A stretch of DNA of 64,000 bases from Eledone cirrhosa (lineage: Eukaryota). The DNA lies in the NCBI GenBank assembly GCA_964016885.1, contig OZ024757.1:2976001-3040000 (forward strand). The letters run 5' to 3'. Numbering within the stretch: position 1 is the first letter of the stretch; each line of letters starts with the position of its first letter. Below are positions 1 to 13,533 of this stretch, in pieces. Both the position numbers and the translations under genes were made by a program. The notes beneath the pieces were generated by a model. It made no database searches, was not told where the DNA came from, and saw nothing but the letters and a program-made list of their open reading frames with translations.

Positions 1-3000
1 CAAACCACATGTCTGTAGTATCAGAGGTGTGATCTCTCAATTCAAAGATTCTTTCCTGAGACATTCTAACTACATGTCTGTAGTATCAGAGCTGTAATCT
101 CTCAATTCATAGATTCTTTCCAGAGACATTCTAACCACATGACCATAGTATCAGAGCTGTGATCTCTCAATTCAGAGATTCTTTCCAGAGACATTCTAAC
201 TCATGTCTATAGTATCAGAGCTGTGATCTCTCCATTCAGAGATTCTTTCCTGAGACATTCTAACCACATGTCTGTAGTATCAGAGCTGTGATCTCTCAAG
301 TCAGAGATTCTTTCCTGAGACATTCTAACCACATGGCTGTAGTATCAAAGCTGTCATCTCTCAATTCAAAGATTCATTCCTGAGATAATTCTAACCCCAT
401 ATCTATAGTATCAGAGCTGTGATCTCTCAATTCAAAGATTCTTTTCAGAGATATTCTTACCACATGCCTGTAGTATCAGAGCTGTGATCTCTCAATTCAG
501 AGATTCTTTCCTGAGACGTTCTAATCACATGTCTGTAGTATCAGAGCTGTGATCTCTCAATTCAGAGATTCTTTCCTGAGACATTCTAGCCACATGTCTA
601 TATTATCAGAGCTGTGATCTCTCAATTCAGAGATTATTTCCTGAGACATTCTAACTACATGTCTGTAGTATCAGAGCTGTGATCTCGCAATTTAGAGATT
701 CTTTCCTGAGACATTCTAACCACATATCTGTAGTATCGGAGCTGTGATCTCTCAATTCAGAGTTTCTTTCCTGAGACATTCTAAGCACATGTCTATAGTA
801 TCAGAGCTGTGATCTCTCAATGCAGAGATTCTTTCCTGAGACATTCTAACCACATGTCTATAGTATCAGAACTGTTTTCTCTCAATTCAGGGATTCTTTC
901 CTGAGATATTCTAACCACATGTCTAAAGTATCAGAGCTGTGATCTCTCAATTCAGAGATTCTTTCCTGAGACATTCTAACCAAATGACAATAGTATCAGA
1001 GCTGTGATCTCTCAATTCAGATATTCCTTCCAGTGACACACTAAGCACATGTCTGTAGTATCAGAGCTGTGATCTCTCAATTCAGAGTTTCTTTCCTGAG
1101 ACATTCTAAGCACATGTCTATAGTATCAGAGCTGTGATCTCTCAATTCAGAAATTCTTTCCTGAGACATTCTAACCACATATCGGTAGTACCAGAGCTGT
1201 GATCTCTCAATTCAGAGATTATTTCCTGAGACATTCTAACTACATGTCTGTAGTATCAGAGCTGTGATCTCACAATTTAGAGATTCTTTCCTGAGACATT
1301 CTAACCACATATCAGTAGTATCAGAGCTGTGAACTATCAATTCAGAGTTTCTTTCCTGAGACATTCTAACCACATGTCTATAGTATCAGAGCTGTGATCT
1401 CTCAATTCAGAGAATCTTTCCTGAGACATTCAAACCACATGTCTGTAGTATCAGAGCTGTGATCTCTCAATTCAGAGATTCTTTCCTGAAACATTCAAAC
1501 CACATGTCTGTAGTATCAGAGGTGTGATCTCTCAATTCATAGATTCTTTCCAGAGACATTCTAACCACATGACCATAGTATCAGAGCTGAGATTTCTCAA
1601 TTCAGAGATTCTTTCCAGGGACATTCTAACTCATGTCTATAGTATCAGAGCTGTGATCTCTCCATTCAGAGATTCTTTCCTGAGACATTCTAACCACATG
1701 TCTGTAGTATCAGAGCTGAGATCTCTCAATTCAGAGATTCTTTCCTGAGACATTCTAACCACATGGCTGTAGTATCAGAGCTGTGATCTCTCAATTCAAA
1801 GATTCATTCCTGAGATAATTCTAACCCCATATCTATAGTATCAGTGCTGTGATCTCTCAATTCAGAAATTCTTTCCTGAGACATTCTAACCACATATCGG
1901 TAGTATCAGAGCTGTGATCTCTCAATTCAGAGATTCTTTCCTGAGACATTCTAACCTCATGTCTATAGTATCAGAGCTGTGATCTCTCAATTCAGAGATT
2001 CTTTCCTGAGGCATTCTAACCACATGTCTAAAGTATCACAGCTGTGATCTCTCAATTCAGAGATTCTTTCCTGAAACATTCAAACCACATGTCTGTAGTA
2101 TCAGAGGTGTGATCTCTCAATTCAAAGTTTCTTTCCTGAGACATTCTAACTACATGTCTGTAGTATCAGAGCTGTGATCTCTCAATTCAGAGATTCTTTC
2201 CAGAGACATTCTAACCACATGACCATAGTATCAGGGCTGTGATCTCTCAATTCAGAGATTCTTTCCAGAGACATTCTAACCAAATGTCTATAGTATCAGA
2301 GATGTGATCTCCCCATTCAGAGATTCTTTCCTGATATAATTCTAACCACATATCTATAGTGTCAGAGCTGTGATCTCTCAATTCAAAGATTCTTTCGAGA
2401 GATATTTTTACCACATGTTTGTAGTATCAGAGCTGTGATCTCTCAATTCAGAGACTCTTTCCTGAGGCATTCTAACCACATGTCTAAAGTGTCAGAGCTG
2501 TGATCTCTCAATTCAGAGATTCTTTCCTGAGACATTCTAACTACATGTCTGTAGTATCAGAGCTGTAATCTCTCAATTCATAGATTCTTTGCAGAGACAT
2601 TCTAACCACATGACCATAGTTTCAGAGCTTTGATCTCTCAATTCAGAGATTCTTTCCTGAGACATTCTAACCACATGGCTGTAGTATCAGAGCTGTGATC
2701 TCTCAATTCAAAGATTCTTTCCTGAGATAATTCTAAACACATATCTATAGTATCAGAGCTGTGATCTCTCAATTCAAAGATTCTTTCCAGAGATATTCTT
2801 ACCACATGTCTGTAGTATCAGAGCTGTGATCTCTCAATTCAGAGATTCTATCCTGAGACATTCTAATCACATGTCTGTAGTATCAGAGCTGTGATCTCTC
2901 AATTCAGAGATTCTTTCCTGAGACATTCTAGCCACATGTCTAAAGTATCAGAGCTGTGATCTCTCAATTCAGAGATTCTTTCCTGAGTGATTCTAACCAC

Positions 3001-6000
3001 ATGTCAGTAGTATCAGAGGTGTGATCTCTCAATTCAGAGATTCTTTCCTGAGACATTCTAACCAGATATCTGTAGTATCAGAGCTGTGATCTCTCAATTC
3101 AGAGATTCTTTCCTGAGACATTCTAAACACATGACAATAGTATCAGAGCTGTGATCTCTCAATTCAGAGTTTCTTTCCTGAGACATTCTAAGCACATGTC
3201 TATAGTATCAGAGCTGTGATCTCTCAATTCAGAGATTCTTTCCAGAGATATTCTAACCACATGAAAATAGTATCAGAGCTGTGATCTCTCAATTCAGAGA
3301 TTCTTTCCAGAGACACACTAACCACATTGTCTGTAGTATCAGAGCTGTGATCTCTCAATTCAGAGTTTCTTTCCTGAGACATTCTAAGCACATGTCTATT
3401 GTATCAGAGCTGTGATCTCTCAATTCAGAAATTCTTTCCTGAGACGTTCTAACCACATATCGGTAGTATCCGAGCTGTGATCTCTCAATTCAGATATCAT
3501 TTCCTGAAACATTCTAACTACATGTCTGTAGTATCAGAGCTGTGATCCCTCAATTTAGAGATTCTTTCCTGAGACATTCTAACCACATATCTGTAGTATC
3601 ACAGCTGTGATCTCTCAATTCAGAGATTATTTCCTGAGACATTCTAACTACATGTCTGTAGTATCAGAGCTGTGATCTCCCAATCCAGCGATTCTTACAT
3701 CAGAGATTCTAACCACATGTCTATAGAATCATAGCTGTGATCTCGCAATTCATAGATCCTTTCCTCAGACATTCTAACCACATGTCTATATTATCAGAGT
3801 TGTGATCTCTCAATTCAGAGATTCTTTCCTGAGACATTCTAACCAAATGACAATAGTATCAGAGCTGTGATCTCTCAATTCAGAGATTCTTTCCAGTGAC
3901 ACACTAAGCACATGTCTGTAGTATCAGAGCTGTGATCTCTCAATTCAGAGTTTCTTTCCTGAGACATTCTAAGCACATGTCTATAGTATCAGAGCTGTAA
4001 TCTCTCAATTCAGAAATTCTTTCCTGAGACATTCTAACCACATATCGGTAGTATCAGAGCTGTGATCTCTCAATTCAGAGATTATTTCCTGAGACATTCT
4101 AGCTACATGTCTGTAGTATCAGAGCTGTGATCTCTCAATTCAGAGATTCTTTCCTGAGACATTCTAACCACATGTCTGTAGTATCAGAGCTGTGATCTCA
4201 CAATTCAGAGATTCTTTCCAGAGACATTCTAAGCACATGTCTATATATTATCAGAGCTGTGAACTCTCAATTCAGAGATTCTTTCCTGAGACATTCTAAC
4301 CACATGTCTGTTGTATCAGAGCTGTGATCTCTCAATTCAGAGATTCTTTCCTGATATAGTTCTAACCACATATCTATAGTATCAGAGCTGTGATCTCTCA
4401 ATTCAAAGATTCTTTCCAGAGATATTCTTACCACATGTCTGTAGTATCAGAGCTGTGATCTCTCAATTCAGAGATTCTTTCCAGAGACATTCTAACCACA
4501 TGTCTATAGTATCAGAGATGTGATCTCTCCATTCAGAGATTCTTTCCTGAGACATTCTAACCACATGTCTGTTGTATCAGAGCTGTGATCTCTCAATTCA
4601 GAGATTCTTTCCTGATATAATTCTAATCACATATCTATAGTATCAGAGCTGTGATCTCTCAATTCAAAGATTCTTTCCAGAGATATTCTTACCACATGTC
4701 TGTAGTATCAGAGCTGTGATCTCTCAATTCAGAGATTCTTTCCTGAGACATTCTAACCACATGTCTGTAGTATCAGAGCTGTGATCTCTCAATTCAGAGA
4801 TTCTTTCCAGAGACATTCTAGCCACATGTCTATAGTATCAGAGCTGTGATCTCTCAATTCATAGATTCTTTCCTGAGTGATTCTAACCACATGTCTGTAG
4901 TATCAGAGGTGTGATTTCTCAATTCATAGATTCTTTCCTGAGACATTCTAACCAGATGTCTATAGTTTCAGAGCTTTGATCTCTCAATTCAGAGATTCTT
5001 TCCTGAGACATTCTAACCACATCTCTATAGTATCAGAGCTGTAATCTCTCAATTCAGAGATTCTTTCCTGAGACATTCTAACCACATGGCTGTAGTATCA
5101 GAGCTGTGATCTCTCAATTCAAAGATTCTTTCCAGAGATATTCGTACCACATGTCTAAAGTATCAGAGCTGTGATCTCTCAATTCAGAGATTCTTTCCTG
5201 AGACATTCAAACCACATGTCTGTAGTATCAGAGGTGTGATCTCTCAATTCAAAGATTCTTTCCTGAGACATTCTAACTACATGTCTGTAGTATCAGAGCT
5301 GTGATCTCTCAATTCAAAGATTCTTTCCAGAGACATTCTAGCCACATGTCTATAGTATCAGAGCTGTGATCTCTCAATTCAGAGATTCTTTCCAGAGACA
5401 TTCTAACCACATGTCTATAGTATCAGAGCTGTGATCTCTCCATACAGAGATTCTTTCCTGAGACATTCTAACTACATGTCTGTAGTATCAGATCTAGGAT
5501 CTCTCAATTCAGATATTCTTTCCAGAGACATTCTAAACACATGTCTATTGTATCAGAGCTGTGAACTCTCAATTCAGAGATTCTTTCCTGAGACATTCTA
5601 ACCACATATCTATAGCATCAGAGCTGTGATCTCTCAATTCAATAATTCTTTCCACAGATATTCTTACCACATGTCTGTAGTATCAGAGCTGTGATCTCTC
5701 AATTCAGAGATTCTTTCCTGAGACATTCTAACCACATGCCTAAAGTATCAGAGCTGTGATCTCTCCATTCAGAGATTCTTTCCTGAGACGTTCTAACCAC
5801 ATGTCTGTAGTATCAGAGCTGTGATCTCACAATTCAGAGATTCTTTCCTGAGACATTCTAACCACATGTCTGTAGTATCAGAGCTCCGATCTCTCAATTC
5901 AGAGATTATTTCCTCAGACATTCTAACCACATGTCTGTAGTTTCAAAGCTGTGATCTCTAAATTCAGAGATTCTTTCCAGAGACATTCTAACCACATGAC

Positions 6001-9000
6001 CATAGTATCAGAGCTGTGATCTCTCAATTCAGAGATTCCTTCCAGAGACGTTCTAACCACATGTCTATAGTATCAGAGCTGTGATCTCTCAATTCAGAGA
6101 TTCTTTCCTGAGACATTCTAACCACATGTCTGTAGTATCAGAGCTGTGATCTCTCAATTCAGAGATTCTTTCCAGAGACATTCTAAGCACATGTCTATTG
6201 TATCAGAGCTGTGAACTCTCAATTCAGAAATTCTTTCCTGAGACATTCTAACCACATATCGGTAGTATCACAGATGTGATCTCTCAATTCAGAGATTCTT
6301 TCCAGAGACATTCTAACCACATGTCTATAGTATCAGAGATGTGATCTCTCCATTCAGAGATTCTTTCCTGAGATATTCTAACCACATGTCTGTAGTATCA
6401 GAGCTGTGATATCTCAATTCGGAGATTCTTTCCTGATATAATTCTAACCACATATCTATAGTATCAGAGCTGTGATCTCTCAATTCAAAGATTCTTTCCA
6501 GAGATATTCTTACCACATGTCTGTAGTATCAGAGCTGTGATCTCTCAATTCAGAGATTCTTTCCTGAGACATTCTAACCATATGTCTGTAGTATCAGAGC
6601 CGTGATCTCTCAATTCAGAGATTGTTTCCAGAGACATTCTAGCCACATGTCTATATTATCAGAGCTGTGATCTCTCAATTCATAGATTCTTTCCTGAGTG
6701 ATTCTAACCACATGTCTGTAGTATCAGAGGTGTGATTTCTCAATTCATAGATTCTTTCCTGAGACATTCTAACCAGATGTCTATAGTTTCAGAGCTTTGA
6801 TCTCTCAATTCAGAGATTCTTTCCTGAGACATTCTAACCACATGTCTATAGTATCAGAGCTGTGATCTCTCAATTCAGAGATTCTTTCCTGAGACATTCT
6901 AACCACATGGCTGTAGTATCAGAGCTGTGATCTCTCAATTCAAAGATTCTTTCCAGAGATATTCTTACCACATGTCTAAAGTATCAGAGCTGTGATCTCT
7001 CAATTCAGAGATTCTTTCCTGAGACATTCAAACCACATGTCTGTAGTATCAGAAGTGTGATCTCTCAATTCAAAGATTCTTTCCTGAGACATTCTAACTA
7101 CATGTCTGTAGTATCAGAGCTGTGATCTCTCAATTCATAGATTCTTTCCAGAGACATTCTAACCACATGTCTGTAGTATTGGAGCTGTGATCTCTCAATT
7201 CAGAGATTCTTTCCAGAGACATTCTAACCACATGTCTATAGTATCAGGGATGAGATCTCTCCATTCAGAGATTCTTTCCTGAGATGTTCTAACCACATGG
7301 CTGTAGTATCAGAGCTGTGATCTCTCAATTCAAAGATTCTTTCCTGATATAATTCTAACCACATATCTATAGTATCAGAGCTGTGATCTCTCAATTCAGA
7401 GATTCTTTCCTGAGATATTCTAACCACATGCCTATAGTATCAGAGCTGTGATCGCTCCATTCAGAGATTCTTTCCTGAGACGTTCTAACCACATGTCTGT
7501 AGTATCAGAGCTGTGATCTCACAATTCAGAGATTCTTTCCTGAGACATTCTAACCACATGTCTGTAGTATCAGAGCTCTGATCTCTCAATTCAGAGATTA
7601 TTTCCTCAGACATTCTAACCACATGTCTGTAGTTTCAAAGCTGTGATCTCTAAATTCAGAGATTCTTTCCAGAGACATTCTAACCACATGACCATAGTAT
7701 CAGAGCTGTGATCTCTCAATTCAGAGATTCCATCCAGAGACGTTCTAACCACATGTCTATAGTATCAGAGCTGTGATCTCTCAATTCAGAGATTCTTTCC
7801 TGAGACATTCTAACCACATGTCTGTAGTATCAGAGCTGTGATCTCTCAATTCAGAGATTCTTTCCAGAGACATTCTAAGCACATGTCTATTGTATCAGAG
7901 CTGTGAACTCTCAATTCAGAAATTCTTTCCTGAGACATACTAACCACATATCGGTTGTATCACAGATGTGATATCTCAATTCAGAGATTCTTTCCAGAGA
8001 CATTCTAACCACATGTCTATAGTATCAGAGATTTGATCTCTCCATTCAGAGATTCTTTCCTGAGACATTCTAACCACATGTCTGTAGTATCAGAGCTGTG
8101 ATATCTCAATTCAGAGATTCTTTCATGATATAATTCTAACCACATATCTATAGTATCAGAGCTGTGATCTCTCAATTCAAAGATTCTTTCCAGAGATATT
8201 ATTACCACATGTCTGTAGTATCAGAGCTGTGATCTCTCAATTCAGAGATTCTTTCCTGAGTGATTCTAACCACATGTCTGTAGTATCAGAGCTGTGATCT
8301 CTCAATTCAGAGATTCTTTCCAGAGACATTCTAGCCACATGTCTATAGTATCAGAGCTGTGATCTCTCAATTCATAGATTCTTTCCTGAGTGATTCTAAC
8401 CACATGTCTGTAGTATCAGAGGTGTGATTTCTCAATTCATAGATTCTTTCCTGAGACATTCTAACCAGATGTCTATAGTTTCAGAGCTTTGATCTCTCAA
8501 TTCAGAGATTCTTTCCTGAGACATTCTAACCACATGTCTATAGTATCAGAGCTGTGATCTCTCAATTCAGAGATTCTTTCCTGAGACATTCAAACCACAT
8601 GTCTGTAGTATCAGAAGTGTGATCTCTCAATTCAAAGATTCTTTCCTGAGACATTCTAACTACATGTCTGTAGTATCAGAGCTGTGATCTCTCAATTCAT
8701 AGATTCTTTCCAGAGACATTCTAACCACATGACCATAGTATTGGAGCTGTGATCTCTCAATTCGGAGATTCTTTCCAGAGACATTCTAACCACATGTCTA
8801 TAGTATCAGAGATGAGATCTCTCAATTCAGAGATTCTTTCCTGAAACATTCCCGCCACCAATCTGTAGTATCAGCGTTGTGATCTCTCAATTCAAAGATT
8901 CTTTCCTGATATAATTCTAACCACATATCTATAGTATCAGAGCAGTGATCTCTCAATTCAGAGATTCTTTCCTGAGACATTCTAACCACATGTCTGTAGT

Positions 9001-12000
9001 ATCAGAGCTGTGATCTCTCAATTCAAAGATTCTTCCCAGAGACATTCTAGCCACATGTCTATAGTATCAGAGCTGTGATCTCTCAATTCAGAGATTCTTT
9101 CCTGAGTGATTCTAACCACATGTCTTTAGTATCAGTGGTGTTATTTCTCAATTCAGAGATTATTTCCTGAGACATTCTAACCAGATGTCTCTAGTTTCAG
9201 AGCTGTGATCTCTCCATACAGAGATTCTTTCCTGAGACATTCTAACTACATGTCTGTAGTATCAGATCTAGGATCTCTCAATTCAGAGATTCTTTCCAGA
9301 GACATTCTAAACACATGTCTATTGTATCAGAGCTGTGAACTCTCAATTCAGAGATTCTTTCCTGAGACATTCTAACCACATATCTATAGCATCAGAGCTG
9401 TGATCTCTCAATTCAATAATTCTTTCCGGAGATATTCTTACCACATGTCTGTAGTATCAGAGCTGTGATCTCTCAATTCAGATATTCTTTCCTGAGACAT
9501 TCTAACCACATGCCTATAGTATCAGAGCTGTGATCTCTCAATTCAGAGATTCTTTCCTGTGACGTTCTAACCACATGTCTGTAGTATCAGAGCTGTGATC
9601 TCACAATTCAGAGATTCTTTCCTGAGACATTCTAACCACATGTCTGTAGTATCAGAGCTCTGATCTCTCAATTCAGAGATTATTTCCTCAGACATTCTAA
9701 CCACATGTCTGTAGTTTCAAAGCTGTGATCTCTAAATTCAGAGATTCTTTCCAGAGACATTCTAACCACATGACCATAGTATCAGAGCTGTGATCTCTCA
9801 ATTCAGAGATTCCTTCCAGAGACGTTCTAACCACATGTCTATAGTATCAGAGCTGTGATCTCTCCATTCAGAGATTCTTTCCTGAGACATTCTAACCACA
9901 TGTCTATAGCATCAGAGCTGTGATCTCTCAATTCAGAGATTCTTTCCAGAGACATTCTAACCACATGACCATAGTATCAGAGCTGTGATCTCTCAATTCA
10001 GAGATTCCTTCCAGAGACATTCTAACCACATGTCTATAGTAACAGAGGTGTGATCTCTCCATTCAGAGATTCTTTACTGAGACATTCTAACCAGATGTCT
10101 GTAGTATCAGATCTATGATCTCTCAATCCAGAGATTCTTTCCAGAGACATTCTAACCACACGTCTATAGTATCAGAGCTCTGATCTCTCAATTCACAGTT
10201 TTTTCCTGAGACGTTCTAACCACATGTCTATATTATCAGAGCTGTAATATCTCAATTTAGAGATTCTTTCCTGAGACATTCTAACCACATGTCTATAGTA
10301 TCAGAGCTGTGATCTCTCAATTCAGAAATTCTTTCCTGAGACATTCTAACCACATATCGGTAGTATCAGAGCTGTGATCTCTCAATTCAAAGATTCCTTC
10401 CAGAGACATTCTAACCACATGTCTATAGTATCAGAGCTGTGATCTCTCCATTCAGAGATTCTTTCCTGAGACATTCTAACCACATGTCTATAGCATCAGA
10501 GCTGTGATCTCTCAATTCAGAGATTCTTTCCTTAGACATTCTAACCACATATCTGTAGTATCAGAGCTGTGATCAGTCAATTCAGAGATTCTTTCCTGAG
10601 AAATTCTAGCCACATGTCTATATTATCAGAGCTGTGATCTCTCAATTCAGAGATTCTTTTCAGAGACATTCTAACCACATATCGGTAGTATCAGAGCTGT
10701 GATCTCTCAATGCAGAGATCATTTCCTGAAACATTCTAACTACATGTCTGTAGTATCAGAGCTGTAATCCCTCAATTTAGAGATTCTTTCCTGAGACATT
10801 CTAACCACATATCTGTAGTATCAGAGCTGTGATCTCTCAATTCAGAGTTTCTTTCCTGAGACATTCTAAGCACATGTCTGTAGTATCAGAGCTGTGATCT
10901 CTCAATTCAGAGATTCTTTCCAGAGACATTCTAAGCACATGTCTATTGTATCAGAGCTGTGAACTCTCAATTCAGAAATTCTTTCCTGAGACATACTAAC
11001 CACATATCGGTTGTATCACAGATGTGATATCTCAATTCAGAGATTCTTTCCAGAGACATTCTAACCACATGTCTATAGTATCAGAGATTTGATCTCTCCA
11101 TTCAGAGATTCTTTCCTGAGACATTCTAACCACATGTCTGTAGTATCAGAGCTGTGATATCTCAATTCAGAGATTCTTTCATGATATAATTCTAACCACA
11201 TATCTATAGTATCAGAGCTGTGATCTCTCAATTCAAAGATTCTTTCCAGAGATATTATTACCACATGTCTGTAGTATCAGAGCTGTGATCTCTCAATTCA
11301 GAGATTCTTTCCTGAGTGATTCTAACCACATGTCTGTAGTATCAGAGCTGTGATCTCTCAATTCAGAGATTCTTTCCAGAGACATTCTAGCCACATGTCT
11401 ATAGTATCAGAGCTGTGATCTCTCAATTCATAGATTCTTTCCTGAGTGATTCTAACCACATGTCTGTAGTATCAGAGGTGTGATTTCTCAATTCATAGAT
11501 TCTTTCCTGAGACATTCTAACCAGATGTCTATAGTTTCAGAGCTTTGATCTCTCAATTCAGAGATTCTTTCCTGAGACATTCTAACCACATGTCTATAGT
11601 ATCAGAGCTGTGATCTCTCAATTCAGAGATTCTTTCCTGAGACATTCAAACCACATGTCTGTAGTATCAGAAGTGTGATCTCTCAATTCAAAGATTCTTT
11701 CCTGAGACATTCTAACTACATGTCTGTAGTATCAGAGCTGTGATCTCTCAATTCATAGATTCTTTCCAGAGACATTCTAACCACATGACCATAGTATTGG
11801 AGCTGTGATCTCTCAATTCGGAGATTCTTTCCAGAGACATTCTAACCACATGTCTATAGTATCAGAGATGAGATCTCTCAATTCAGAGATTCTTTCCTGA
11901 AACATTCCCGCCACCAATCTGTAGTATCAGCGTTGTGATCTCTCAATTCAAAGATTCTTTCCTGATATAATTCTAACCACATATCTATAGTATCAGAGCA

Positions 12001-12420
12001 GTGATCTCTCAATTCAGAGATTCTTTCCTGAGACATTCTAACCACATGTCTGTAGTATCAGAGCTGTGATCTCTCAATTCAAAGATTCTTCCCAGAGACA
12101 TTCTAGCCACATGTCTATAGTATCAGAGCTGTGATCTCTCAATTCAGAGATTCTTTCCTGAGTGATTCTAACCACATGTCTTTAGTATCAGTGGTGTTAT
12201 TTCTCAATTCAGAGATTATTTCCTGAGACATTCTAACCAGATGTCTCTAGTTTCAGAGCTGTGATCTCTCCATACAGAGATTCTTTCCTGAGACATTCTA
12301 ACTACATGTCTGTAGTATCAGATCTAGGATCTCTCAATTCAGAGATTCTTTCCAGAGACATTCTAAACACATGTCTATTGTATCAGAGCTGTGAACTCTC
12401 AATTCAGAGATTCTTTCCTG
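1..12420. repeat. Satellite sub-family domain 1 (more indels, includes 66-bp monomers)
   Basis: Variants seen only here: +1 bp 'gatataattct/gagataattct' monomers, 'cctgagtgattct', 'ttcaaaccac', 'gtttcagagctttg', 'gatctaggat'. The register shifts frequently. Confidence 0.85.
7815..9365 (+). repeat. ~1.55 kb block (~24 monomers), copy 1; copy 2 at 10871-12421
   Basis: Private variants shared at a constant 3056-bp offset (8851/11907 'gaaacattcccgcc'; identical ORFs 8017..8208 and 11073..11264). Confidence 0.9.
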
Positions 12421-12421
12421 A
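10871..12421 (+). repeat. ~1.55 kb block, copy 2 of 7815-9365
   Basis: Same run of variants (catactaac-tcggttg, gatttg, ttcatgatataatt, ctttagtatcagtggtgttattt, gatctaggat) at offset 3056. Confidence 0.9.
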
Positions 12422-13533
12422 CACATTATAACCACATGTCTGTAGTATCAGAGCTGTGATCTCTCAATTCAGAGATTCTTTCCTGAGACATTCGTACCCC
12501 ATGTCTATAGTATCAGAGCTGTGATCTCTCAATTCAGATATTCTTTCCTGAGACATTCCCGGCACCAATCAGTAGTATCAGCGTTGTGATCTCTCAATTC
12601 AGAAGTTCTTTCCTGAGACATTCTAACCACATATCGGTAGTATCAGAGTTGTGATCTCTCAATTCAGAGATTCTTTCCTGAGACATTCTAACTACATGTC
12701 TGTAGTATCAGAGCTGTGATCTCTCAATTTAGCGATTCTTTCTGAGACATTCTAACCACATATCTGTAGTATCAGAGCTGTGATCACTCAATTCAGAGAT
12801 TCTTTCCTCAGACATTCTAACCACATGTCTATAATAGCAGAGCTGTGATCTCTCAATTCAGAGATTCTTTTCAGAGACATCCTAACCACATGTCTGTAGT
12901 ATCAGAGCTGTGATATCCCAATTCAAAGATTCTTTCCACAGACATTCTAACCAGATGTCTGTAGTATCAGAGCTGTGATCTCTCAATCCAGAGATTCTTT
13001 CCAGAGACATTCTAACCACATGACTGTGGTATCAGAACTGTGATCTCTCAATTCAGAGATTCTTTCCAGAGACATTCTAACCACATGTCTATAGTATCAG
13101 AGCTGTGATCACTCCATTCAGAGATTCTTTCCTGACACGTTCTAACCACATGTCTGTAGTATCATAGCTGTGATCTCTCAATTCAGAGATTCTTTCCTGA
13201 GACATTCTAACCACATGTCTATAGTATCAGAGCTGTGATCTCTCAATTCAGAGATTCTTTCCTGAGACATTCCCGCCACCAATCTGTAGTATCAGCGTTG
13301 TGATCTCTCAATTCAGAGATTCTTTTCTCAGACATTCTAACCACATTTCTATAGCATCAGAGCTGTGATCTCTCAATTCAGAGATTCTTTCCTGAGACGT
13401 TCTAACCACATGTCTGTAGTATCAGAGCTGTGATCTTTCAATTTAGAGATTCTTTCCTGAGACATTCTAACCACATGTCTTCAGTATTAGAGCTGTGATC
13501 TCTCAATCCAGAGATTCTTTCCTGAGACATTCT
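12402..13533 (+). repeat. ~1.1 kb block duplicated at 15716-16847
   Basis: Offset 3314 (51 x 65 - 1). Both copies share the private 1-bp deletion 'ttagcgattctttctgag', plus 'agaagttct' and 'ataatagcag'. A few substitutions differ. Confidence 0.85.

Noticed and set aside
1524-1748. 74-aa plus-strand ORF
   Set aside because: Translation of ~3.5 satellite monomers in which substitutions happen to remove stop codons. It starts at GTG and has no gene context.
8849-8870. CENP-B box in the marker monomer (TCCCGCCACCAATCTGT vs reverse-complement core nCCCGnnTnnnnCGAAn)
   Set aside because: Only the CCCG half matches (4 of 9 core bases). The T and CGAA are missing.
6325-11264. Four 63-aa minus-strand ORFs (6325, 7236, 8017, 11073)
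   Set aside because: Each arises where a 66-bp monomer and a 'ctcc' variant jointly extend the frame over three monomers. They are copies within duplicated satellite blocks and are not credible genes.
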